Source: Gracilinanus agilis
Taxonomy: Eukaryota
DNA length: 64,000 nucleotides
Direction: 5' to 3'
NCBI RefSeq assembly: GCF_016433145.1
Contig: NC_058131.1
Location: 42,434,291 to 42,498,290, forward strand
Of this stretch, positions 30,198 through 41,520 are shown in pieces. Made by a program: the position numbers and the translations under genes. Positions within the stretch are counted from its first letter, which is position 1, and every line of letters begins with the position of its first letter. The notes beneath the pieces were generated by a model that saw only the letters and a list, made by a program, of their open reading frames with translations, searched no databases and was not told where the DNA came from.

Positions 30198-33100
30198 GTA
30201 ATTCATTTTGCCCCAAGATTTCTCCTCCTCCCTCCTCCCTCTGGGAGCAGGCAATATCATTTAGGCAGATCCCACCACAGGATACACATCTTGGACTGGA
30301 AGATGAGCATACCCATTGCCCAAATGGAGAAATCAAGGCATAGAGAAGTTAATGTGACTTAGTATCCAGCCTTCTTGAATTTGATCAGGCTCTTTTCCAC
30401 TTGACTTATATACTTTTTGTCCTGAAAGGCTCAAGTAGATATTCGTGTGTTTACCCCCCCCCCTTTGGCAATAATGATTAATTATTACATAATTATAATA
30501 ATTATTAATATTGACATAATAGCCAGCTCTCAGATAGCACTTCACATTATTTCATTTGATCCTTACAATGTCTCTATGAGGAAGGTGCTATGATTATTCC
30601 CATTTTACAGTTGAGGAAAATAAAAATAGGAGAATTTAATGACTTGCCCAGGGCCACACAGCTAGGGGGAGGGTCTGGGGCAGGATTCAAACTCAGGGCT
30701 TCCAGACTCTAGGTCCACTGCTCTGTGCACTGTGGCACTCCCTAGCTACTTCTCCATTTTGGGCAATTTATTTCAACTCTGGGCCTCAGTTTCCTCATTT
30801 GTAACATGAGGTGACTTCCAAGGTCCCTTTCTGTTCTAAATCTATGATCCTCTGAATTGGATGTGTTGAGATTGGAGAAGACTCAGGGTTGATGTGATAG
30901 CAGTTTTCAAGGTTCTGAAGATGGTTTTCATGGAGAAGAGGATTTATGTAGACTTGTGATGTTTGGCTGCAGAGGGCCTGGGGACTTCTGGGAAGGGATA
31001 GCCTTTTGGAGAAGCAAAGGGGCAGGTTTTGTCCCATATAAGAAACAAGCTCCAGAGCCCTCTGAGCTGTCCAGAAGTGGAAGGCACTGCCTTGGTCCAA
31101 AGGAGTAGGTGGGCTTTCCATAGGTGGAGAACTCAACACAGGGTCCTCTGCAGACCTGCTGGCTTTCACGTGTCTCTCTTCCCATCCTCTGACCTCCAGG
31201 GCTGCTTGAGCAAGCGGTCAGTGCTCGCCACCATCCGCCAGATGCAGAAACTGCTGTCCACCCAGGAAGCTGCCCAACTGCAGGGCCTGCGCAGCCTCAG
31301 GAAGCAGCTGACCATGCTCCAAGGGAATGTCCACAAGCAGGCCACACGGAGGAATGGTAACAATGGAGCCTGGGGAGGTGGCTTGAGAGGGGCCAGACCT
31401 CTCATCCAGAGAGCTGCTGAGGAAGGATAGCCCTCTGGACCATTCCGATCTGCGAGACAGTCTGGTTTCACAGTGAATTGGGAGCCCCTATCAGTGCTGG
31501 AAACAGGGTGGGCCTATCCCAACTACTCATATTTTTGTTGTTCAGTCATTTTTCGTGACCCCATTTGGGGTTTTCTTGGCAAAGATACTAGAGTGGTTTG
31601 CCATTTCCTTTTCCAGCTCATTTTACAAATGGGGAAATAAAGGTAANNNNNNNNNNNNNNNNNNNNNNNNNNNNNNNNNNNNNNNNNNNNNNNNNNNNNN
31701 NNNNNNNNNNNNNNNNNNNNNNNNNNNNNNNNNNNNNNNNNNNNNNNNNNNNNNNNNNNNNNNNNNNNNNNNNNAGTATCTGAGGCCAGATTTGGACTCT
31801 GGAAGATGAATTTTTTTGACTCCAGCCCCAATTCTCCATCCATTGTGCCACCAGCTACTGAGATAGCAGGTCCCCAAATTGGACTTTTTTTGCCAAACTG
31901 TTCACATGGAACTAAGTTTTTCTGTGTAGACCTAGCCTTTGGGCATCAGTGGGCCTGTCTAGGTGCAGAGGCAAGTAAATGAGTGTATAGAGGGCCTGCT
32001 TCCTATTTGGATAAACTGATGCCCAGTGAAGACTGTTGCCACGGTGATGACTTTGTCACTTATAATCTATGTCACTTTGGAGAACTCATTTCTGTCCTTT
32101 GGACCTGTTTCATCATCTGTAGGTTGGGGGTGGGGGTGGGCCTAGATGACCTCTCAGGTCTCTTACAGCTTGGAAATCCCATGATCCTATGAATTGACCA
32201 GACAAGTTTCTATAGACTATCCATTCTTCTACTGTTCTGATTTTCCTCTAACATACAACTTTCCAGATTGAACAAATGAGTACTTCTCCACTCCCTATAT
32301 CTGGCCCTCCCTTAGCCCCCCAACTCCTCCATATCATTTATCAAAGGATTCACAAAATTGCAGCTAAAAGGGTCCCTAGAAATTAATGGGTCTAAGAGCA
32401 GCAAGGAGGCTCAGTGGATGGAGAGTCAGGCCTAGAGAAGGAAGGTCCTGGGTTCAAATCTAACCTCAGACACTTCCTAGATGAGTGATCCTGAGCAAAT
32501 CACTTAACCCCCATTGCCTAGCCTTTACCACTCTTCTGTCTTAGAACCAAAACACAGCATTGATTCCAAAATGGAAGGTAGGGTTTTAAAAAATAAAGTC
32601 AGTGGGTCAGCTCCCACCATTTTGCAGATGATGAACTGAGCCCCCCAAATTATATAACTTGCTTGAGGTCATACAACTAGTAAGTGTTTGAGGGAGACTT
32701 CGAACCCAGGCCCTCCCGACCTTGGCTCTTCAGGTCTGAGCATCCTCTCCTAGGGTAAGGTGGAGCAAAGCTTGAACAAGAAAGATTCTGATAGCCTCCC
32801 CAACCTAGTGGAGTGATTTCTGGACTTTGGGTGGTTCTTCTGGGTTTGAATTCCAGTTTTCAAATATACTAGCTGTGTGATTCTGAGAAAGACATTCATG
32901 CCTCAATTTTGTCACCCATAAAATGGGAATGATATCGATGCAATAGTGTGATTCTTTTTTTTTATTTAACTCTTACCTTCCCTATATTGGTTCCAAGATA
33001 GAAGAGCAGTAAAGGTTAGGCAATGGGGGTGAAGTGACTTGCCCAGGGTCACCTGGCTAGGAAGTGTCTGAGACCAGATCTGAACCAGGTTCTCTTATCC

Positions 33101-36100
33101 ACTGAGCCACTTCGCTGCCCCAATAGCCCGACTCTTTGGGTTTCTGTCAACTATAAAGCACGGCACAAACGTGAATTATTTTTATTTTCCTCCTCATCCT
33201 AGAGACGTGCCCCCATCTGGCGATGCCAGCACACGGCAGGAAGCTAGGCAGGAAAGCGGGCATAGGGCACGAGGTGCATTTCCTGTGTGATGCTGGCTTC
33301 CAGCTGGTGGGCTCCGAGTCTCGGCTGTGCCAAGAGAACCGAACGTGGAGTGGACAGCAGCCCTTTTGCAAGAGTAACGTATCTGTAGCAGCAGGGGATG
33401 GATGGGCAGGTGTGTCGGAGGGCGATGGAGGGGGTTCACAGCAGGGCAAAGGAATCTTGGGGAATGTGGGGGCTCTGGAGGGGCCGGGATCCCAGCCCTA
33501 CCTTCTGGGTCTGGTCCAGGATCTTGGTCCGGCCCCAGGGAAGGGGTTTCAGATGCTCACAGCCCGCCGGACCCCAGGCACCAGGCACAGATCCCCCTCT
33601 TACGGGTCCCCACCACCAGACTATCCCAGAACCGAATCAGACTTCAGGGATGAGTTTTTGGGGTGTCTGCCAACTCTTGCTGGGGCGAAATCTCTCTTGA
33701 ACTGGGCATGGAGTGAAGGACGCCCTCTCCCTCCTGGCCCCCAGGTATCGATGACTGTGCCAGCCATCCCTGCACCAACGGGGGCACCTGTGTGGATGAC
33801 GTACAGCGATACATCTGCCTCTGTCCAAGCGGCTGGATTGGAAGCAACTGCCAGACTCCTGCCACCTCCTGTGAGTGCCGCCCTCTCCTCCGGGCCCCTG
33901 CGGGACCATCTGCAGGGAATCACCCCAATCCCACCCCTCCAAGGGGAGACAGGAAGAAGCTTCCGTCTCCTAGAGACAAAGCTGTTACGGATACCTGGGC
34001 TGGGGCAAGCGACAGATCATGCCTGACAATGGGCCATTGGAGGGGGAGCTGAGAAAGCAGGGGGGATGCAGGCAGAGCCGGGAAGGGATTCTCTTTCATG
34101 AGGGCCTCCTGGGTGCCCAGTCTGGTGCTAAATGCCTCTGGGGATCCCTGGCCAGAAGGAACTGGGGCCATGAGTCCGCGTGGTCAAACGTATCTTTCGT
34201 GGGCACACACACGTCCTTCTGCAGTCCAGCAGCTGTCTAGACTTAGAGCACCCCATATTCCTAGGCTATCCCCCTTCTGAGCTCTCTGACCCTCAGCATC
34301 TTCTTCTTCGACTCTACTACTCTGGGAATTTTGACTAAATTCAGTCCATCCGGCTAAGGAGAGCCAGGAGGCTGGAGGGAGAACTTGCGCCGGGGGCCCT
34401 TCTCCCAAGAGCTTAGGCTGAGACTTAGCCGTACAGACCGGGAGGTCCGTGGGGAGACTGCCCTCTCTGTTTGACTGTGACCTCTTCTGCCTACCCCACC
34501 CCAACTGCCCCCAGACTGGGTGTCTCTGAGCAACTCCTCCTTCAGCCGCCAGCCCCGCTGTGCCGAGAACGGGCAGGGCGCCCGTCAGTGCAGCTGTGAC
34601 ACGGGCTTCCAGATGCGTGCCGGCGGCTTGTGTCAAGGTAAGGGTGGCCGAAGAGATGGCAGGCGCGTCTCCTCCGAGAGAGGAGAGAATCTGAGAGCCG
34701 GAGGGCCCTAGGAAGGACTTTAGGAATCATCTAGTCCGCCACTGTCGTTTCACAAAAGAAAAAAGAGAGCCTCAGAAAGGGGGTGCCCAAGGCTCTGAGC
34801 AAGGGGCTGTAATGGAGACAGTCTTGAATTTGGAGGCAGAGTTCAGGGTTCAAATTCCAGCTTTATTTACTACCCGAGTGGCCTTGAGCAAGTCAACGTC
34901 TCTGGGCTTCGGGTCTTCATTTATGACATGGAAGGGACTAGAGTCCAACCCAGCTCCGTTCCTGCCTCAGCTGTTTCGGGAGTGTTGGGGAGGCAGTGAA
35001 GGCAGGAGGGCTCTCTTGGGTTGTCTCTTCAGCCCACCCTCTGCTCCTCCCTTTCTCAGATGTTGACGAGTGCCAGCTTTTCCAGCTGAACCAACAGAAC
35101 AGAATCTGCGTCCACAGCTGTATCAACCTACCTGGGTCTTACCGCTGTGTCTGCCCCGCGGGCTACCTGCTCAACCCTGACCAAAACACGTGTGAAGGTG
35201 GGCACCAATGTTCCTCCCCAGGGGGTATTAGAGCAGGCTGGGAAGTGGGCTGAGAGCACCCCTGACCCTCCAGCATCTTCTGCGGGGGAGCCTGGCTTCG
35301 TGGAGACTCGGCATCCACTCTCTGCCCTCTGCGCCATCTCCCTCCTGCCCTTCCTCTCACCCTGGATGTCAAACCTGCCCATCACATGGCACACTCTAAC
35401 TCTCCGAAGGGCCCAGAGACAGCCTCTTGTGGGCTCTCCCCATAGCCCAAGGAGTGTGGGAAGGGTTTTGGTGGTCTCTCCCACCTCCCAGGACTTAAGA
35501 GGAAATTGAGGAGGCACCAAAGGGACTCTGGGTGAGAACTCAGGAGTCCTAGCTCCTGCGCTGAGACCTCTCCCCTTATCTCTGTGAATTCCCCTTGGAC
35601 ACAAGGAAAAAGTTCAGACTCCCAGGCCAGCCCTTGCTGGGAAGAATCAGGAGGTCCTGTTTTGAGATACAGCCCAAAGGGTAGGAACATCGGGTGATAG
35701 ATTTGGAACTGGAAGGGACCTTAGGGACCATCATGTCCAACCAACCCTCTCGTGTTACCAATGGGAAAACTGGGGACTAGCAAGTGACTTGTCTAAAGTC
35801 ACACAGTAGTAAGTAGATTCAAACCCAGATCCTTTGATACCAAATCTAGAGCTCTTTCCACTGTATGTTTTCTCTCATCCTCTCTTGCCCTGCCTAATGT
35901 ATGTGCTTTTGTGAGAGACAGGCAGATAGANNNNNNNNNNNNNNNNNNNNNNNNNNNNNNNNNNNNNNNNNNNNNNNNNNNNNNNNNNNNNNNNNNNNNN
36001 NNNNNNNNNNNNNNNNNNNNNNNNNNNNNNNNNNNNNNNNNNNNNNNNNNNNNNNNNNNNNNNNNNNNNNNNNNNNNNNNNNNNNNNNNNNNNNNNNNNN

Positions 36101-38285
36101 NNNNNNNNNNNNNNNNNNNNNNNNNNNNNNNNNNNNNNNNNNNNNNNNNNNNNNNNNNNNNNNNNNNNNNNNNNNNNNNNNNNNNNNNNNNNNNNNNNNN
36201 NNNNNNNNNNNNNNNNNNNNNNNNNNNNNNNNNNNNNNNNNNNNNNNNNNNNNNNNNNNNNNNNNNNNNNNNNNNNNNNNNNNNNNNNNNNNNNNNNNNN
36301 NNNNNNNNNNNNNNNNNNNNNNNNNNNNNNNNNNNNNNNNNNNNNNNNNNNNNNNNNNNNNNNNNNNNNNNNNNNNNNNNNNNNNNNNNNNNNNNNNNNN
36401 NNNNNNNNNNNNNNNNNNNNNNNNNNNNNNNNNNNNNNNNNNNNNNNNNNNNNNNNNNNNNNNNNNNNNNNNNNNNNNNNNNNNNNNNCAGAGAGATAGA
36501 GACACAGAGAGAGAGGCAGACAGACAGACAGACAGAGACAGTGTCTGTGTCTGTGGGGGTGGGCTGGGAGAGACAGAGACCCAGAGAGAGGACAGAAGAG
36601 AACATGTGTGTGCTAAGAGAAATGTCGTGCCTTTGCCAGATGTAGACGAGTGTGCAGATCAACAGCACAATTGCAGCCGAGGCGAGCTGTGCATCAACGT
36701 CTTTGGGGGCTTCCAGTGTGTGCGACCAGAATGTCCTCGGCCCCGCCACAACACCAGTTACGTGAAGACGTCAGCCTTGTGAGTGACTTCTTGGACTTTC
36801 CTGACTTGCCCGCCATTTTCCCGTCTCTCACCTCCAGCCTCCCTGGTCTCAGTCTCTTGGGATGAGCCCATTATTCAGGTCAAGTTAAGAAGCCATTTAT
36901 GAAGTCATACTATGTGCCAGACAGTGTGCCCCCAAGATGCAGACAGTCTAACAGGAGAGACAGCCCCCCGCAAAGCCCCCAACCAGACACTAACAAGATC
37001 AATGCAGGATAAACTGGAGATAATGGGAAAGGGAGAGCTCTGATATTAAAGGGGAAACTGGGAAAGCCTTCTGGCAGAAGGTGGGAAACTTGAAGGAAGT
37101 CAGGAAAAGCAGGAAATGAAGAGGAGAATGCCATCGGAGGTATGTGCGAGCCCTTGTGTGAGGAAAAGAAAAGAGACAAGATCACTATGTGGTGTGGAGG
37201 GAATCGTAAGATGTAAGAGGACCAGAAAAGGAAGAAGGGGCCAGGTTATAAAAGGCTTTAGAAGGGAGAACTAGGTGGCTCAATGGATAGAGAGCCAGGT
37301 TTGAAATCAGGAGGACCTGGATTCAAATCTGGCCTTAGATTCTTCCAAATTTGGTGACCTTGGACAGGTCACTTAACGCCCATTTGCCTAGTCCTTTTTG
37401 TTCTTCTGCCTTGGAACCAATGCACAGCATTGATACTAAGAGGGAAGGTAAAGATTAAAAAAAAAAAAAAAAAAAAAGGACCTATTATTTGCCTGATTCC
37501 CAGCTGCCTAACAAATGAGATATTTGTAAAATATTTAAAACAGTGGCTGGCCCCTAGTAAGTAAGAGCTAAATAAATGGGAAGATCATTCCATGCCTCAG
37601 TTTCCTTGATTGTAAAATGAGTAGAATAATAGCACTTACCTCCCAGGGTTGTTTACATTTATTAGATGTATTAGTTTATGTTTATTATTAATGTTAAACA
37701 TTATTTATTATTATTAATTACCTCGTTTATCAAAATCCTCCAAAGTGCCAGGGCTACAAAGAAAGAGGAAGAGAAAATGAGTTCTCTGCGAACCTTAGAG
37801 GGCTCCGTAGTTACGGTGTCCATTGGAGAGGGGCAGCAGGAGCTCTTTGGGGACCAGACCGTCGGGAAGGAGGGGTTTGGGGGCAGGGTCCTCAGCCTCT
37901 CCTTCTGCCTCCGACTTCCTCCAGCCAGTGTGAGCGGAACCCGTGCCCAGTGGACAGCCAAGCCTGCCGCCAGGCGGCCAACTCCATCTCCTTTCACTAC
38001 CTGCCGCTGCCGTCCAACCGCACGGTGCCCCGCGTCCTCTTCAGGATGTCCACCACGCGCTTCCTCGGAGACAGCCTGCGCTTCGCCATCACGGGTGGCC
38101 GGGGCCTCGGGGCTTTTGCTGTGCAGCGCTCAGACCGGCACACGGGCGAGCTGGTGCTGACCAGCCCGGTGCCTGGCCCCGCCACCTTGGAGGTGCAGCT
38201 GGAGATGAGCGAGCTCTCCAAGAAGGTTCTGCTGGGCAAGCACGTCTTCAGGATCACCGCTTTCATCTCCCCCTATGAGTTCTAG
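30132..38285 (+). CDS. Fibulin-7-like protein (FBLN7 paralogue, possibly the gene called fibulin-8), full gene model: join 30132-30197, 31200-31356, 33203-33373, 33745-33870, 34515-34637, 35060-35197, 36640-36778, 37925-38285 (426 aa)
   Basis: Architecture and exon layout match FBLN7 as I recall it: signal peptide, [12 protein letters not shown] coiled coil, Sushi (4 Cys), EGF, 4-Cys partial EGF, two DVDEC cbEGFs, C-terminal domain ([34 protein letters not shown]). All GT-AG, frame continuous, no stops. Confidence 0.93.
31200..31356 (+). CDS. Fibulin-7-like exon 2 (coiled coil, [19 protein letters not shown]...QATRRN)
   Basis: Acceptor ctccag|, donor ATG|GTAACA, 157 nt; heptad-like L/I/M spacing. 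Confidence 0.9.
32398..33122. mobile_element. Inverted SINE1-type pair (32398-32597 +, 32955-33122 -) with MIR pieces between, in fibulin-7-like intron 2
   Basis: Head, CORE and tail motifs in opposite orientations. Confidence 0.75.
33203..33373 (+). CDS. Fibulin-7-like exon 3 (Sushi/CCP domain, [12 protein letters not shown]...WSGQQPFCK)
   Basis: Acceptor tcctag|, donor AGA|GTAACG, 171 nt; C..HG..V.F.C..GF.LVG....C....WSG..P.C pattern. Confidence 0.93.
33745..33870 (+). CDS. Fibulin-7-like exon 4 ([45 protein letters not shown])
   Basis: Acceptor ccccag|, donor CCT|GTGAGT, 126 nt; six-Cys EGF. Confidence 0.93.
34515..34637 (+). CDS. Fibulin-7-like exon 5 (linker plus 4-Cys partial [19 protein letters not shown]...GGLCQ)
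   Basis: Acceptor ccccag|, donor AAG|GTAAGG, 123 nt; FSRQPRC resembles FBLN7 FSRAPRC. Confidence 0.9.
35060..35197 (+). CDS. Fibulin-7-like exon 6 (calcium-binding [11 protein letters not shown]...DQNTCE)
   Basis: Acceptor ttctcag|, donor AAG|GTGGGC, 138 nt; DVDEC and C.N.PGSY.C.C motifs. Confidence 0.95.
36640..36778 (+). CDS. Fibulin-7-like exon 7 (calcium-binding [12 protein letters not shown]...SYVKTSA)
   Basis: Acceptor tgccag|, donor CTT|GTGAGT, 139 nt. Confidence 0.95.
37262..37478 (+). mobile_element. SINE1_Mdo-like SINE with poly(A) tail
   Basis: ctaggtggctcaatggatagagagccagg head to aaggtaaagattaaaaaaaa. Confidence 0.8.
37925..38285 (+). CDS. Fibulin-7-like exon 8 (fibulin C-terminal domain, FQCERNPCP...ISPYEF*)
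   Basis: Acceptor cctccag|, stop TAG at 38283-38285; overlaps the 111-aa ORF 37950-38285. Confidence 0.95.
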
Positions 38286-38606
38286 CTCGCTGGTGGTGGG
38301 GGCCCTCCTCCTCGGGGTTCGCAGCGGCTTCACCTCAGGGTGCAAAGGGGAGGGTGTTCCGAGGCTGCTGTTTCTGTTTTTGCTTCCTCAGCCTTTGTTA
38401 TAGTCCGCAGGGCTGGGATGCTAGGGAGGGTGGGGGAGAGGCCAGCCACCATGCCTTGGGGACCTGGAAACCTGGGCTCTGGCTCTCACTCTGCCATTTG
38501 TGACTTCTAGGAGCCTGAACGAGTCACCTCCCCTGCTCCGGGCCTCAGTTTCTCCATCTAGCAGTAGAGTGCTAGACTAAATTAGGTCTCTTTTGCCTCT
38601 GAGAAT

Positions 38607-38612
38607 AATAAA
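38607..38612 (+). terminator. Candidate polyadenylation signal (AATAAA) for the fibulin-7-like gene
   Basis: First AATAAA I found after the stop, ~320 nt downstream. Confidence 0.45.
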
Positions 38613-39796
38613 AACTAAAATCATTCCGTATCGGGCTCTTTGGGTAGGCATTGTAGAACAGATGCCAGTGGCTTCCCCCATCGCTGCCTCCCAACCCTTC
38701 ACCCAAACCACACCAGGAAAAACCAGTGTCCAGAGCATCAGGGTGTGCGGTGGTAAACACCAATTCTTTCTGAGAATGGACAGGGGTACAAGAGTCCTGG
38801 AGGAACCTACCAGCTTGTTATCCCTAACCTCCAAGACTAACCACAGATTACGCATCTGTTACCATGGAAACTAAAGGACTCTGGACAGTGACCAGAGCCC
38901 CTTCTCTCCATCCCAGTGGTAGCATTCTGACCAGTTGGGGCCAGATCACAAAAAAAGAGAAACAAAGAGATCTAAAGCCATCTATGGGGGTCAGTGGGTC
39001 AGTCAGGCATTGATGCTATGCCACCTACCATACTACCTAATTATTTCTCCCTCTACATAATGCATAATTATTTCTGTCCCAGGTACCTTTCCTCAGCATC
39101 CTCTGCATTTCCTATTGTTGTCCCCCCATGTCTCTATATCCCCTCTGAACAAACCAAACCCTTATTACCTTGGGCACACTGTCTCCTGGTGTGTGCTGGA
39201 TTTTGACTCAGGAAGCCATGGGTTCAAATCCTGCCTCTCCCTGTCGGATAGGGCTAGTATTAGTATATTGGACAATAGCTCTTGGATCGTGGGTAAACCA
39301 TGAAGCCTCTCTGAACCTCAGTTTCTTTGACTATAAAATTGGAGAGAGGAGTCATAATTCCCACAAGACCTACCTTACAGGTAGGTGAAATAATTCATAT
39401 AAAATGATATGCAAATGCCAGTTATCACATTGTCATCATCCGTGTCTCTGAGTCAGTATTCCTGGAATGCCAGAATAGACCCGGGCAATTTATGAGGCCC
39501 CAGTGCAGGGCATGCCAACATGGCCTGGAGATCTCAGCCAATCCAGCCACAGCTGAACATTCCAGGGGAGCACTGGGATTTCCCAAACCAATCAGACACA
39601 TGGACCAGACTGGCATTGCCCAATATTCGCACACTCCCGTCTTTCTTATGCACAGACCCCAGGGTCTGGGACCTGCCATCATCTCTATTGCAAAAGCTTA
39701 GGAAATACCTTCTTGTTTGGCTTATCTCATACTTTTGTGGCCCAGAATTCTAAGTTCCCCGTGTGTTATCTCACCATCATCTTTCTGCATCATGGA

Positions 39797-40154
39797 AGGC
39801 TCTGAGGTAAGAAGAGAGAGAAGTGCGAAGATCATTCTCCTTACTGAGAACCAATGGGAAGACATGACTTTTCCAAGGTGATAGCACTGGGCTTGGAACC
39901 TGGTCTCTCCTACTCTTGCCCTCCCAGGCAGAGCCTGTTTCTATCATCAGTCAGGGCTAGTATATTTTCCCAAAACTATTCCACATCCCCTTGAGGTTAA
40001 AGAAGGAAATGGGATCCAGTGAGAGAGGGGCACGTGCACGTGCGTGCACACACACACATGCATGCATGCACACACACAAAGCAGAAAGTTTGGGCTGGAC
40101 AAGTAAATGTTAAGTTCATTACTCTGTCCACTTACCAATAACAATAAACTCTCC

Positions 40155-40224
<70 letters not shown>

Positions 40225-40585
40225 TCCCTCTCCCTCTCCCTCTCCCNAGGCTCTGAGGTAAGAAGAGAGAGAAGTGCGAAGATCATTCTCCTTACTGAGA
40301 ACCAATGGGAAGACATGACTTTTCCAAGGTGATAGCACTGGGCTTGGAACCTGGTCTCTCCTACTCTTGCCCTCCCAGGCAGAGCCTGTTTCTATCATCA
40401 GTCAGGGCTAGTATATTTTCCCAAAACTATTCCACATCCCCTTGAGGTTAAAGAAGGAAATGGGATCCAGTGAGAGAGGGGCACGTGCACGTGCGTGCAC
40501 ACACACACATGCATGCATGCACACACACAAAGCAGAAAGTTTGGGCTGGACAAGTAAATGTTAAGTTCATTACTCTGTCCACTTA
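39797..40585 (+). repeat. Exact 338-bp direct duplication (39797-40134 and 40248-40585) around a (CT)n tract and N positions
   Basis: The copies look identical base for base; the second starts right after the single N at 40247 and ends at the gap starting 40586. Confidence 0.9.
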
Positions 40586-40881
40586 NNNNNNNNNNNNNNN
40601 NNNNNNNNNNNNNNNNNNNNNNNNNNNNNNNNNNNNNNNNNNNNNNNNNNNNNNNNNNNNNNNNNNNNNNNNNNNNNNNNNNNNNNNNNNNNNNNNNNNN
40701 NNNNNNNNNNNNNNNNNNNNNNNNNNNNNNNNNNNNNNNNNNNNNNNNNNNNNNNNNNNNNNNNNNNNNNNNCTATCTCTCTCATTTATTGTTGTCTCTA
40801 TGCAGATGACTCCTTAATCTAAAAAGTCTTAAATCTTAAAAAGTCTGAGTTTTACTCCTGAGCTCTAGTTTCCCATTACCA

Positions 40882-41520
40882 TTGTTATATTCAATAATCT
40901 GGGAAGAGATGGATGCCACCTTGAGTGAAAGGGATGGCAATTGAGAGACTCGGAATGTTCCCAGGTGCTGTGAGCCAGGGGGCAAACATCAGTTGACCTC
41001 ACCCTATAAATATCCCTCACAGCCACTTTGAGGAGGTCTCTGGACAGAAAGAAGTCTCTGGACTGAGAAGTCTCTGAGCTCTGAAGTCTCTGGACTCAGA
41101 GGTTAAGAACTGCAGATCACAGATCTCTGCCAACCTCTGTGGTTCAATCTGGGCAGTGGGTAGCTGGAAGCATGGTTTGAAGGGTGGTTGAAGGGTTGCC
41201 GTGTGGTTTAAGAAGAAGAGGGTAGGAATAAACCTGAATCTATTTCCTGATAGACTGTGAGAGCTAGTGAATCATCAACACTGGTGATAAGAGAGCTGAG
41301 AGAATAAATACCATCAATACATCTGTGGCAATAGCCTCCCTATTCTCTGGCTTGGCTGTGGCCAGGTCCAGCCTGAGGTAGAGGAAAGGTAAAATATCCA
41401 GCTTCCACTTGATCAATAGCCTCCAGTCCTGATTGTTATTTAGCCCATAGATAATAGATCAATAGCGTTTCCAATCCCCAATCTTTGACCTTGTTATCCT
41501 TTCCCTATTTATAGATAAAG
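40882..41520 (+). mobile_element. Probable solo ERV LTR
   Basis: Starts TGTTATATT; TATAAA at 41005-41010, four gaagtctctg repeats, AATAAA at 41303-41308; 3' end uncertain. Confidence 0.55.

Noticed and set aside
31336-31355. Furin cleavage site at KQATRRN
   Set aside because: No Arg at P4 (A-T-R-R), so it does not fit R-X-K/R-R.
33223-34026. 267-aa ORF as a single coding exon
   Set aside because: Only the first ~50 codons are the Sushi exon. The rest is intron read-through, and exon 4 is in another frame.
35799-36782. Long ORFs containing X runs (also at 13014-13532, 28670-29125, 31523-31877, 40470-40817)
   Set aside because: Artefacts of translating N-gaps.
30132-38285. Calling this gene FBLN7 itself
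   Set aside because: Flanking genes differ from those I recall for FBLN7 and divergence looks too high for a therian orthologue, so the symbol is left blank pending phylogeny.
39797-40585. 338-bp exact direct duplication as a real recent tandem duplication
   Set aside because: The second copy is bounded by a single N and an N-gap beside a (CT)n tract, typical of an unmerged contig overlap. Read depth or long reads would be needed to rescue it.
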